Shown in pieces: positions 1-9,067 of a stretch of DNA of 32,000 nucleotides. The notes beneath the pieces are model-generated. The model saw nothing but the letters and a program-made list of their open reading frames with translations. It was not told the origin of the DNA and did no database searches. The translations under genes and the position numbers were made by a program. The stretch is from Candidatus Brocadia sp. (GTDB taxonomy: Bacteria; Planctomycetota; Brocadiia; Brocadiales; Brocadiaceae), in contig CP091279.1 of NCBI GenBank assembly GCA_021650915.1, forward strand, positions 1,350,001 through 1,382,000. Direction: 5' to 3'. Within the stretch, counting starts at the first letter, position 1; each line of letters begins with the position of its first letter.

Positions 1-156
1 GTTTACACCCAAGGCGTACAATAAGACAAAACCAACTAACAAGCTAGCCGCACTATTTAAATCAGGACTAAATGCAACGCTTCCCTTATTGCGTGCTTCA
101 TCCAAACGCCTGCTGGTTGGTTGTTCCGTTTTTTCCGTGTCTGAGCCAAAAGCCAT
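1..156 (-). CDS. flhB: Flagellar export apparatus protein FlhB, first 52 codons only (the CDS runs off the left edge of the window)
   Basis: Minus-strand ATG at 156..154, 6 nt after the fliR stop. Translation MAFGSDTEKTEQPTSRRLDEARNKGSVAFSPDLNSAASLLVGF has the EKTE-PT..R..EAR..G N-terminal FlhB motif. Absent from the ORF track because it is truncated. The fliR-flhB order is conserved. Confidence 0.8.
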   Translation of the reverse strand, partial: MAFGSDTEKTEQPTSRRLDEARNKGSVAFSPDLNSAASLLVGFVLLYALGVN

Positions 157-162
157 CTTGTA

Positions 163-951
163 TTAACCTCGCATAACGGATAGGAATGAAGCCATACTGC
201 TTTCAAGAGGCGTCAAATAAGATTTCATGGCATTAATCACAAAGGGAAGTGCAACAATAAGTATTAAAAACCCGATCAGTATTTTCAGAGGAAAAGCAAT
301 AAGAAACACATTTATTTCCTGCGCAACCTTAGTCATTAATCCAAGAACTACCACGGTTAACAATAAAACGACCAGAGAAGGCGCTGATATTCTAATCCCC
401 ATTATCAAAAATGTTTTAAAGGCGGCAAGTATCTTTGTAAGTGTTACCGTTGTATATTGAAATTGTCCGAGAGGAATTATTTCAAAACTCTGTGCCGTTG
501 TTTTAATAAACCAATGATGTCCATTGATCGTAAAGAATATTAAAAAGGCAATCATGTTGTAAAATATTGATATTGATTGTTCTTCTTCCCCTGTCTCTGA
601 AGATGGATCTACAATCGCAGCAGTATCAAGCCCCATTTGATTACTTATTAAATATCCTGCCATAGTAAACGTTGCAAAAATAAGCGAGGCAGCAAAACCA
701 ATTACAGCGCCAATTGCAATTTCTTTCGTGACGATAAAAGCATATGATATAATATCCGCCGGCAACGGGGGCGAATGTTTTATTACTACCGGATAGAGAA
801 TACACGTGAACATTAGAGAGATGGCAATCCTTATTTGTAAAGGCACATTGGCATTTCCAAAGATAGGTGCAAAAAGAAGCATCCCCCCCACGCGAAAAAA
901 AACGATCATGAAGAATGGAAGGTTATTGATAAAATATAAAAGATTTTCCAT
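163..951 (-). CDS. fliR: Flagellar biosynthesis protein FliR (export gate)
   Basis: 262-aa polytopic membrane ORF lying between fliQ and flhB. Hydrophobic FliR-like sequence (GFAASLIFATFTMAGYLISNQMGL). Confidence 0.9.
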   Translation of the reverse strand: MENLLYFINNLPFFMIVFFRVGGMLLFAPIFGNANVPLQIRIAISLMFTCILYPVVIKHSPPLPADIISYAFIVTKEIAIGAVIGFAASLIFATFTMAGYLISNQMGLDTAAIVDPSSETGEEEQSISIFYNMIAFLIFFTINGHHWFIKTTAQSFEIIPLGQFQYTTVTLTKILAAFKTFLIMGIRISAPSLVVLLLTVVVLGLMTKVAQEINVFLIAFPLKILIGFLILIVALPFVINAMKSYLTPLESSMASFLSVMRG

Positions 952-957
952 GCAAAG

Positions 958-1227
958 TTATTGACAATATCTGGTCAGATTCTCCAGCAAATTTACCGTG
1001 TATGAAGTTATCATGCGAAGCATCCAGGGTAAGCACAACAAAAACACACCCATAACAGCAAAGATTTTTGGCAAGAAGGTAATCGTCTGCTCATGGACGC
1101 TCGTAACCGTTTGAAATATACCTATGACCAAACCAACCACCATTGCTACGACAAGCAATGGCGCCATAAGGATAACTGTTATTTGCAATAAATCTTTTCC
1201 AATATTGATAACTATCTCTGGGGTCAT
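958..1227 (-). CDS. fliQ: Flagellar biosynthesis protein FliQ (export gate)
   Basis: The track ORF is 958..1260, but FliQ proteins are about 89 aa. The internal Met at 1227 (MTPEIVINIGKDLLQITVIL...) is preceded by GGAGG (rc of 1233-1237). Two TM helices; located between fliP and fliR. Confidence 0.9.
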   Translation of the reverse strand: MTPEIVINIGKDLLQITVILMAPLLVVAMVVGLVIGIFQTVTSVHEQTITFLPKIFAVMGVFLLCLPWMLRMITSYTVNLLENLTRYCQ

Positions 1228-1286
1228 AGCGGCCTCCTTTTGTATCCTCGCAATAAACACTGTGTAAAACTACAGCGTCATCCTCC

Positions 1287-2051
1287 TTAAGACACACTTG
1301 AAATTAAAGACTGAATAATTAATTGCCATCCATCCACCAACACAAAAAGAATCAACTTAAACGGCATGGAAATCATGGCAGGCGGCAGCATAACCATACC
1401 CATCGCAGTCAACACGCATGCAACTACCATATCAATTACAAGAAAGGGAAGGAATAGGAGAAAACCCATCTGAAATGCTGTTTTCAGTTCACTGGTAATA
1501 AAGGCTGGAATTATTATGTGTATCGGAACATCCTTTACCGATTTAGGCTTTTCCATTTTTGCAATTTTCATAAAGAGGGCAATGTCTTTTTCACGGGTCT
1601 GCTTGAGCATAAAATTTTGAAACGGAACAAGCCCCCTCTGTAATGCCTCATTCTGAGTAATTTCTTCTTTGAGGTATGGTTGAACCGCCTCGGAATTTAC
1701 CTGTTTCCATACCGGCGCCATGACAAATATGGTTAAAAAAAGTGAAATGCCAATGAGTATCTGATTCGGTGGGAGTGTTTGAAATGATAGCGCTTTGCGC
1801 ACGAAAGAAAGGACAATGATGATTCTCGTGAAGGAAGTCATTGTCAACAATAATCCAGGTAATAATGAGAGTACCGTTAAGAAAAGGACAATCTTCAAGG
1901 TACTGGCTACCTCTTTTGGTTTTCCTATATTATCGATACTCATGGTTAATTTCAATGGCACTGAAGCCTCGTTGGCAGCCTGCACTATATCCATACAGCC
2001 ACATATTACTATTGTTGCACAGACACCATATGCTATTAACCTGCTTTTCAT
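1287..2051 (-). CDS. fliP: Flagellar biosynthesis protein FliP (export gate)
   Basis: 254 aa with a signal-like N-terminus and FliP motifs (TSFTRIIIVLSFVRKALSFQTLPPNQILIGISLFLTIFVMAPV; FLLFLPFLVIDMVVACVLTAMGMVMLPP). Confidence 0.95.
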   Translation of the reverse strand: MKSRLIAYGVCATIVICGCMDIVQAANEASVPLKLTMSIDNIGKPKEVASTLKIVLFLTVLSLLPGLLLTMTSFTRIIIVLSFVRKALSFQTLPPNQILIGISLFLTIFVMAPVWKQVNSEAVQPYLKEEITQNEALQRGLVPFQNFMLKQTREKDIALFMKIAKMEKPKSVKDVPIHIIIPAFITSELKTAFQMGFLLFLPFLVIDMVVACVLTAMGMVMLPPAMISMPFKLILFVLVDGWQLIIQSLISSVS

Positions 2052-2075
2052 ATTATAATCCTTGTAACCCAGAAA

Positions 2076-2558
2076 TTACGATCCTGTGCACACGCGTTTA
2101 AAAAAGCTCATAAATTCACTACCCCTTGATTCTGATACAAGAGAATCAACAATATCTTTTTCCGTTATTTCTGAAAGAAATTGAATTCGTTCATTCGTAA
2201 CGCCAATGAACAAAACCTTTCCTGGCACTTTGACTAAATGAACCGACTTTTTCGAACCTAGTGATAGAGAATCCACAACATGAATATATCGCTTTCTCCC
2301 TATCATGCCTGTTTTCATTCCCAGCTTTTTATATAAAAAAAAGATTCCGACTATGATAACAACGATTACCAACCCTAGTGTTTTTATCCACGGTGTGATC
2401 TTTAAGAAATTAACTGGCTCTGCAATATTCGCACTTTCTGTTTCAGTAACAGCAGTCCCATGTATTCCTCCATTTTCCATGCGTTCAGGTACACAATATC
2501 CCTTATCGCAAGTAACCAGTAAAATGAGGAACATCACAAACAACCATTTTTTGATCAT
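2076..2558 (-). CDS. fliO: Flagellar protein FliO/FliZ
   Basis: 160 aa with a single TM (GLVIVVIIVGIFFLY) followed by a FliO-type segment (VVDSLSLGSKKSVHLVKVPGKVLFIGVTNERIQFLSEI). Sits in the fliN-fliP slot. Confidence 0.75.
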   Translation of the reverse strand: MIKKWLFVMFLILLVTCDKGYCVPERMENGGIHGTAVTETESANIAEPVNFLKITPWIKTLGLVIVVIIVGIFFLYKKLGMKTGMIGRKRYIHVVDSLSLGSKKSVHLVKVPGKVLFIGVTNERIQFLSEITEKDIVDSLVSESRGSEFMSFFKRVCTGS

Positions 2559-2622
2559 TGTATTGTGCCTAAAGCGGTATTAAGTGACAAAATAAAGCGG
2601 ACATGCCCCTCGATTCCTCAAA

Positions 2623-3000
2623 TTATCCAAGATTTCTTATTCGCTCCTCAGAGGCACATATATTGGTAATCTTTAAACCAAAGTTTTCATCTACCACCAC
2701 AACCTCTCCCTGGGCAAGTAATTTTCCCCGAATAAGCAAGTCAACCGGAGCCCCTGCAACCTTATCTAGTTCCACAATAGAACCCTGTGCTAAGGATAAA
2801 ATATCTTTCACCAGCATCATAGTATGGCCGAGCTCAACAGAGACGGGGACCGGGATGTCTAATATCAAGTCCAGGTTACGTTTCCCTTCATCTTTCAGAT
2901 CAGGAGAATTAAATGTGTTCAGTTGGCTAAATTGAATTGATTGTATGTGAGCCTCGTTTCCCGTGCTTGCATTCCCGTTATTCTCTTTTACCTGTTCCAT
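2623..3000 (-). CDS. fliN: Flagellar motor switch protein FliN
   Basis: C-terminal SpoA/FliN domain: ILDIPVPVSVELGHTMMLVKDILSLAQGSIVELDKVAGAPVDLLIRGKLLAQGEVVVVDENFGLKITNI. Confidence 0.95.
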   Translation of the reverse strand: MEQVKENNGNASTGNEAHIQSIQFSQLNTFNSPDLKDEGKRNLDLILDIPVPVSVELGHTMMLVKDILSLAQGSIVELDKVAGAPVDLLIRGKLLAQGEVVVVDENFGLKITNICASEERIRNLG

Positions 3001-3030
3001 ATCTTATTCCTTTCCAACAAACACATTCAA

Positions 3031-3987
3031 TTACAGAACCTTTGATGACACCTGAAATGCCAATTTTTTCCCCATTGCACCAGGTTTTCCATAGTATTTC
3101 GCTCTTTCCTCTATCACCAAACAAACATCTTCCGTGATCTTATTGTCTAATCGCAGGACATCTCCAACCTTCAGATTAATGAGGTCATTTAGTACCAACT
3201 GAGTGGAACCTAAAACCACGGTAGTAGTTAATTCTGTTTCTCTAATAACATCTTCGATAAGCGCCAATTCATCTTTCCTCTCAATTTTTTTCATCCGTGA
3301 TTTTCCCATTATCATTTCAAGGCTTGTAACCGGAATACACAGGATAATTGTCCCGTTACCCAAATCACCATTTGCTGCAAAATTAATTGCAATAACCAAC
3401 TCTGTAGCAGGCGCAATTTGCAACGATTTTATATCCATATCCATTTTTTCAATCTTCCATTCCGGTTGCATTAATTTAAACCAACAATGTTTTACGTCTT
3501 CCACAATACTTGACAATACAACACTTATCACGGATTCCTCGATAAGTGTAAGTGCTCTTATTTTTTGGGGTATTTTTCCAGGACCTCCTAATCCTCTGTC
3601 CACAATTGCAAGGCAAAAGCCGACATCAATGGTTAAACAACCATATCCGTTGAGAGGTTTTAAGTTCAATACATTCGCACAAATACGATCAGTAAACGAA
3701 TTTAAAAATACGTCATAACAAAATTCTTCAATGGCAATAAGTTCGACGTCTACGGAAACTCTTAAAAATCTGGATAGAGTAACACCTATTGTTTTAGCCA
3801 TCTCTTCACTAATTTTTTGTAAACGGCGCTTTTGCTCTCTTGGAAATCTATCAGGACGCCTGAAATCATAGTGCTGTATTTTTCTTTCCTTTTTAGGCTC
3901 AACTTTTTGTCCTACTAATACTTGTCCATTCTCAATTGCAGAAAGAAGAGCTTCCACTTCCTGGTTGGTTAGTATAGCATTTGACAT
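3031..3987 (-). CDS. fliM: Flagellar motor switch protein FliM
   Basis: 318 aa with an N-terminal LTNQEVEALLSAI peptide, a YDFRRPDRF motif and a C-terminal SpoA-like region. Adjacent to fliN. Confidence 0.95.
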   Translation of the reverse strand: MSNAILTNQEVEALLSAIENGQVLVGQKVEPKKERKIQHYDFRRPDRFPREQKRRLQKISEEMAKTIGVTLSRFLRVSVDVELIAIEEFCYDVFLNSFTDRICANVLNLKPLNGYGCLTIDVGFCLAIVDRGLGGPGKIPQKIRALTLIEESVISVVLSSIVEDVKHCWFKLMQPEWKIEKMDMDIKSLQIAPATELVIAINFAANGDLGNGTIILCIPVTSLEMIMGKSRMKKIERKDELALIEDVIRETELTTTVVLGSTQLVLNDLINLKVGDVLRLDNKITEDVCLVIEERAKYYGKPGAMGKKLAFQVSSKVL

Positions 3988-4010
3988 TGAATCGTCCCCA
4001 AGATACTTGA

Positions 4011-4643
4011 TTATTGTATAACGAACTCACTAAAATATACCTGCAATATGCCATCTTCTGCTTTTACCACCATATCAGCCGCATCTTTTATCTCCCTTCG
4101 CAGGCTTTCTTGTCCTTCCAATCCCTCAATATCCTCTAATGTTTTTGACGAAAGAATGGAAATTAATCTATCTTTTATTTGCACCATTTTTGCTTCAATT
4201 TTATGCTTTGTCTCCCCATCTTTTGCCTCTAAGTTTACCACAGTCTTAAGATACCGCCTGCCACCAGAACCACTTAGATTAACGATAACGGGCTCAAAGG
4301 GGACCATGGTAGATTCCTCTTCGATGCTATCCTGCTGTCCTTTTCCCTTTTCCTCTTTTTTTTTGGAGGCGGATTTTGGAACTACTTCTACTTCAACATC
4401 CTTTTCTGCGTGTTTTTCTTCACCATCTTCATTAAGTATTTTTTCCTGATCAGGTACATCGATCTGAACATTTCCTGATAAAGAAGGATACACTTTTGAA
4501 ACAAATAGGAATGCACACCCAACGGAAATTAATACCACGCTTCCCATCAACATAAGACTTTTGTTTGTCTTTCTCTGTTTAATTGATGGATCAGGAACTT
4601 CACTTATTTCCACTCCCTTATTCTTATCTTCCTTGTTTTCCAT
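4011..4643 (-). CDS. fliL: Flagellar basal-body-associated protein FliL
   Basis: 210 aa with one N-terminal TM followed by a FliL domain (FEPVIVNLSGSGGRRYLKTVVNLEA ... LRREIKDAA ... VYFSEFVIQ). Confidence 0.9.
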   Translation of the reverse strand: MENKEDKNKGVEISEVPDPSIKQRKTNKSLMLMGSVVLISVGCAFLFVSKVYPSLSGNVQIDVPDQEKILNEDGEEKHAEKDVEVEVVPKSASKKKEEKGKGQQDSIEEESTMVPFEPVIVNLSGSGGRRYLKTVVNLEAKDGETKHKIEAKMVQIKDRLISILSSKTLEDIEGLEGQESLRREIKDAADMVVKAEDGILQVYFSEFVIQ

Positions 4644-4781
4644 ATTGTTATTCCCTTTGCTATACCTTTGTTTTATGGATCATTTCACTGTGAGATCAAG
4701 ATAACTCTCTATAACAATCACCAATTGCCGTCACTTCATTCTTCGGTCATAGTTCCAACCGTCTTTATCAAATAACACGAT

Positions 4782-5531
4782 TCATTTTCCCCCTTGTTTA
4801 AAATCGCTCTTCAATAGTTTTAATCTTTCACTTAATTTAACGGCAAGGTTAAGATCGACAGACTCTAAAATTCTAGCAGAACTTTTTCCATCCATCATTG
4901 TCAACAATTTAACGGCGGTATCCTCATCCATTTCCTTAATAATCATTGCCGCTTTTTCAGGCTTCATTCCACTATAGACAGCCGCCAATTTTTTTATATT
5001 TTTAGATTCTATCTCATCAAGCTGAACAGATTCATTTTTCAGTTCTGTCTTTTTTGTGGCAATAACGTCGACCATTTTATTTAATTCCAACTTTAAAGCG
5101 GTAAGCTCTTTCCTTTCTGTTTCGAGATCGGTTCGCAAAGACTCCAAAATCTTTTCCTTAAAATTTAACAAGTCATTCCTTTTCTCATACTTATACTTTT
5201 CTATTTCAATTTCTTTCAGCATCTGTGCTATTTCATTTGCAGAAAGAGGTTTAAATAGGTTCGCTGCATTTTGTTTATATACGACAGGTATCTTTGTCGT
5301 TACTCTCTCTTTCTTGTCTTTGATTGACTTTGCAATGCCTGGGGTAGAGGTTCCAATCTGTTTTATAACGGCATCATCTTTTTTTTCTCCCTGTAGTGCA
5401 GGATTGGATACTTGCTTAGGCAATGGATGTTTAGAACCCTTCATGAAAAGCATGCCCATGACAGAAATACCAAAAACAAAAATTCCTATCCCAGGAAGCA
5501 TCATCATTTTTTTGTTTATTGGAATCTTCAT
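4782..5531 (-). CDS. MgtE_N-domain flagellar protein (FlbB / YlxF / MotE-like)
   Basis: 249 aa with an N-terminal TM, a coiled coil and a C-terminal MgtE_N-like helical segment (AAVYSGMKPEKAAMIIKEMDEDTAVKLLTMMDGKSSARILESVD). It occupies the slot after fliJ that ylxF (Bacillus) and flbB (Borrelia) occupy. Confidence 0.7.
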   Translation of the reverse strand: MKIPINKKMMMLPGIGIFVFGISVMGMLFMKGSKHPLPKQVSNPALQGEKKDDAVIKQIGTSTPGIAKSIKDKKERVTTKIPVVYKQNAANLFKPLSANEIAQMLKEIEIEKYKYEKRNDLLNFKEKILESLRTDLETERKELTALKLELNKMVDVIATKKTELKNESVQLDEIESKNIKKLAAVYSGMKPEKAAMIIKEMDEDTAVKLLTMMDGKSSARILESVDLNLAVKLSERLKLLKSDFKQGGK

Positions 5532-5552
5532 AATTGATTTCCTCAGGAATTT

Positions 5553-6011
5553 CTAACAAATATCTTTTTTTCTGCCTTTGTAGTAAAACCTGGATATTGC
5601 AATCTCATCGTATTTTTTATTTTCTGATTTTAATGCCTGCTCTTTATATTCATTTTCATAACGCTCCCGTAATTTCTCAAACACCTTTCTTTTTTTAAAT
5701 ACCTTTAAGAGTGCATTCTGAACAGACGATACTCGCATGGAAGCCTCTTTTACTTTAGCCTCCTGTATGCTAATGTCATGGTTCAGCTTTGAAAGGTATG
5801 ATTCAAATAAAATAAACACGGTTGCATCTCCCAAAGTATGCATCTTTCTTTCCATTTCCACCTGTTGCAATGATAAAACAGACTGTAAAAATACAAGTAA
5901 TTTTTCTTCTTCGTGCAATTTATTTTTTAAGACGCTTATCTCTTTTGTAAGATCCTTCTCCCGATATTTCTCAATTTCTAACAACTTCTGAAATTTAAAC
6001 TGAAATCTCAT
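5553..6011 (-). CDS. fliJ: Flagellar export chaperone/stalk protein FliJ
   Basis: 152-aa all-helical, heptad-rich protein (MRFQFKFQKLLEIEKYREKDL...) immediately downstream of fliI. Confidence 0.8.
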   Translation of the reverse strand: MRFQFKFQKLLEIEKYREKDLTKEISVLKNKLHEEEKLLVFLQSVLSLQQVEMERKMHTLGDATVFILFESYLSKLNHDISIQEAKVKEASMRVSSVQNALLKVFKKRKVFEKLRERYENEYKEQALKSENKKYDEIAISRFYYKGRKKDIC

Positions 6012-6023
6012 GCAAGAATAATA

Positions 6024-7394
6024 TTAGACTTGTCTTTCCATCTTAGAAACAGTATTCCTTTTCATTCCCTCATTGTTCGCAAACAAGTTTATTAGCCTGG
6101 CAACAGCATCATCAAACTTGATTTCCTCCACCACCTCTTGTTTCAGATACTCCTTTATTCGATCAATCATAGAGATCGAATAATCAACTTTTGAATTACT
6201 CCCTTTGGCATATGCCCCTATATTAATCAGGTCTTCTGATTCTTTATACGTTGCATATAATGATTTAAGTTCTGTCGCTGCCTTCTTGTGTTCCAAGGGA
6301 ACAATATCATCCATACATCTGCTGATACTTTCCAAAATATCAATGGCAGGATAATGATTTTGGTTGGCCAGCATCCTTGATAGCACAAGGTGTCCATCAA
6401 GAATACCTCTGACGGCATCTGCAATAGGTTCATTCATGTCATCACCATCCACTAGCACCGTATATAGACCTGTAATATTCCCTTTTAAGCCAGTTCCGGA
6501 TCGCTCTAAAAGTTTTGGCAATAAAGCAAACACAGATGGTGGGTAACCTTTCACGGTAGGAGGCTCTCCTATCGCCAAACCAATTTCACGCTGCGCATTG
6601 GCGAATCTTGTAACAGAATCCACCAGCAACATCACCTGCATGCCCTGGTCCCGAAAATATTCGGCAATGGTAGAAGCTATATACGCTCCTTTAACTCTCA
6701 GTAGAGCCGGTTTATCAGACGTAACAGAAACTATTACAGATTTTTTTTGTCCGTCCAAACCAAGATTTTTTTCAACAAATTCACGAACTTCTCTTCCTCT
6801 TTCACCAATAAGGGCAATAACATTTACATCAGCCTCAGAATTTCTCGCAATCATTCCCATCAAGGTGCTTTTTCCCACCCCACTACCCGCAAATATCCCC
6901 ATTCTTTGTCCTTTTCCACAGGTACATAATCCATCCAGCACACGAACTCCTGTCCTTAGCACTTCTTTAATCCTGTTTCTGGTTAGTGGGTCAGGTGGAG
7001 AATTATAGATCGAGCGATATTCCCCGGCATCTATTGAACCCTTCCCGTCTATTGCTTCACCAAGGCCTCCAACAATACGACCCATCAGTCTCATTCCTAC
7101 CTTAATCCTCATGGGTAATCCGGAAGCAGTAACATGAGCATCCGGTCTGATTCTGTCTAATTCACCGATAGGCATTAAAAGTATCCTTTTCTCTTTGAAG
7201 CCTACAACTTCTGCCGGTATCGGCGCATGCCCATTGTTTATGTGAATATAACATAAATCTCCGATAGGCACGGAAGGACCATTCGCTTCAATCACCAAAC
7301 CTGCAACATGAACCACTTTACCCGCGTATCTGACAGGGATCACGTCCGACAAGTGTTTTCGATATTGCTCAAAATGAATGCGCTGTTTTATCAT
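6024..7394 (-). CDS. fliI: Flagellum-specific ATPase FliI
   Basis: 456 aa with Walker A GSGVGKST and Walker B region VMLLVDSVTRFA. T3SS/F1-type ATPase sequence throughout. Confidence 0.97.
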   Translation of the reverse strand: MIKQRIHFEQYRKHLSDVIPVRYAGKVVHVAGLVIEANGPSVPIGDLCYIHINNGHAPIPAEVVGFKEKRILLMPIGELDRIRPDAHVTASGLPMRIKVGMRLMGRIVGGLGEAIDGKGSIDAGEYRSIYNSPPDPLTRNRIKEVLRTGVRVLDGLCTCGKGQRMGIFAGSGVGKSTLMGMIARNSEADVNVIALIGERGREVREFVEKNLGLDGQKKSVIVSVTSDKPALLRVKGAYIASTIAEYFRDQGMQVMLLVDSVTRFANAQREIGLAIGEPPTVKGYPPSVFALLPKLLERSGTGLKGNITGLYTVLVDGDDMNEPIADAVRGILDGHLVLSRMLANQNHYPAIDILESISRCMDDIVPLEHKKAATELKSLYATYKESEDLINIGAYAKGSNSKVDYSISMIDRIKEYLKQEVVEEIKFDDAVARLINLFANNEGMKRNTVSKMERQV

Positions 7395-8052
7395 TTTTAT
7401 TTTCCGACAACGCCTTGATAATTTCTTCCCAACGTGTTTCTATTCTGCTATCTATGCTTCCGAAATCCGTTTCAATAACACATCCACCAGGAGAAATCGT
7501 TTTATCTTCAATAAATTTTATGCTTTGTTCCGCTATTTTTATTTCCTCTGATTCATTCATCTTTTTTACATCATCACATGAAAGCCTTATTACTATAATT
7601 TTTTTTTCTTTTGCATAGGTGAGCGCATCTTTCATTACTTGCTGTGTAACATTCATGGAATCATTCTTGATCTCATACCCTACCGCCTTACCTGCTATAG
7701 CTAAGACAAGGTTCATAATCTCAGGTTCACACTCTTCCCATAGCTTCTCTCTTCTCTCCACAAAATGTTTTACCGCGTCATGCAACATCGTTATCAACGA
7801 TGCATTATTATTTTTTATTTCTTCCAATTCCCGCTGGAAACCCTTCTCAGCATCTAATTTCCCATTTCTATATGCCTCATCCTCTCTAGCCTTAAACTCC
7901 GCAATCATTTTTTCATTATCTTTTTCTTTTTCTTTTTCGCAATCCTCTTTTAACTCATAGTCCTTAGGAGATGGATTGCTTTGATGTTCAACAGACTGTA
8001 AAATATGAACGCCTTTTACCGCTGGCGATATATAAACCTTTTTGCTTTTCAT
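7369..8052 (-). CDS. fliH: Flagellar assembly protein FliH
   Basis: 227 aa with an acidic N-terminal half and a FliH/YscL-like C-terminal half (LVLAIAGKAVGYEI; GGCVIETDFGSIDSRIETRWEEI). ATGA overlap with the fliG stop (8049-8052) and a 26-nt overlap with the fliI start. Confidence 0.85.
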   Translation of the reverse strand: MKSKKVYISPAVKGVHILQSVEHQSNPSPKDYELKEDCEKEKEKDNEKMIAEFKAREDEAYRNGKLDAEKGFQRELEEIKNNNASLITMLHDAVKHFVERREKLWEECEPEIMNLVLAIAGKAVGYEIKNDSMNVTQQVMKDALTYAKEKKIIVIRLSCDDVKKMNESEEIKIAEQSIKFIEDKTISPGGCVIETDFGSIDSRIETRWEEIIKALSENKNDKTAHSF

Positions 8053-9065
8053 ACAAATTTATCGACGCTCCCTTTTGCACCCTTCTTTTTCAATACTGCT
8101 TCGCCTTTTGTTTCGAGTCGTTTTATTGCATCAACAATCTGTTGTTGTGCGGCCTCTACTTCAGACAAAAGCCTTGGTCCTAACAAGTCCTTCACCTCTC
8201 TTACCGAATCTCCAACGCGTTTGGACATATTTTTAAAAAACTTTTCCTCAATCTCTGGGGTTGCAGTTTTTAATGCCAGAGCGATTACATTATTGTCTAC
8301 CTCTGCTAGAATTTTTCTTAACGCCTCGTCCTGCACATTGACGATATCGTCAAAGGTAAACAACAATTTTTTAATCTCTTCCGCAAGTTCTGGGTTTTTG
8401 TAACTTATTTGATCTATAACGTTTTTGTCTGCAGTTCCTTCCATATTACCGATTATTTCAGAAGCGAGTTTGTATTTTTTCTTCGTTGGTGTTTTTTGCC
8501 GACGGTCGTCACTTTTTATCTTTGATACAACAACTTCATTTACCTGCAATAATAATTTTGTAGGAGGTGTTTCCATTGTGGCTATTCTCATAATAATTTC
8601 CGACTGGAGTTCCGTTGGAAAATTCGCTAATATTTTTGCTGCACGCTGTGAATTAATATAGGACAATACTAACGCAATTGTTTGTGGATGCTCGCCGACA
8701 AGTATGCGCAATACATCTTCATCGCTCGACTCTCTTATTGCGTAAAAAGGCGCGGGGAATAATGCTCCTTCTTCAACACTAGTTATTATTTCTTCGCTTT
8801 TTTGAACGCCTATCGCCTTTTCAAGAAGTTTTTTAAAGGAATTGTTGTCATATTTTACAACCTTTTCATTCGATTTTAATTCAGTTGATAAATCAAAAAG
8901 CACTTTCTCGACAACTTCCTTATCAATCCGCTCAATATCAGTCATTGCCGCAGTTATTGCTGCGATTTGCTCATCACTAAATTCCTTAATTACCTCTGTC
9001 GCCGTATCAGCATCAAGAGTCGATAACAAGATTGCCACCTTCTGGATTCCTTTTAAATTTACCAT
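8049..9065 (-). CDS. fliG: Flagellar motor switch protein FliG
   Basis: 338 aa with typical FliG N, middle and C domains (GIQKVAILLSTLDADTATEVIKEFSDEQI; EHPQTIALVLSYINSQRAAKIL). Follows fliF after a 2-nt gap. Confidence 0.95.
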   Translation of the reverse strand: MVNLKGIQKVAILLSTLDADTATEVIKEFSDEQIAAITAAMTDIERIDKEVVEKVLFDLSTELKSNEKVVKYDNNSFKKLLEKAIGVQKSEEIITSVEEGALFPAPFYAIRESSDEDVLRILVGEHPQTIALVLSYINSQRAAKILANFPTELQSEIIMRIATMETPPTKLLLQVNEVVVSKIKSDDRRQKTPTKKKYKLASEIIGNMEGTADKNVIDQISYKNPELAEEIKKLLFTFDDIVNVQDEALRKILAEVDNNVIALALKTATPEIEEKFFKNMSKRVGDSVREVKDLLGPRLLSEVEAAQQQIVDAIKRLETKGEAVLKKKGAKGSVDKFV

Positions 9066-9067
9066 GC

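Noticed and set aside
1091-1297. 68-aa minus-strand ORF overlapping fliQ in another frame, and the 11-codon N-terminal extension of the fliQ track ORF (1228-1260)
   Set aside because: FliQ is ~89 aa in characterised systems. The Met at 1227 has a GGAGG RBS. The alternative-frame ORF has no recognisable features.
4739-4767. Sigma28 (FliA)-like motif TAAA-N17-CCGAAGAA on the minus strand upstream of fliL
   Set aside because: The spacing is off by one relative to TAAA-N15-GCCGATAA, and the -10 half matches only CCGA. This is not enough to call a promoter.
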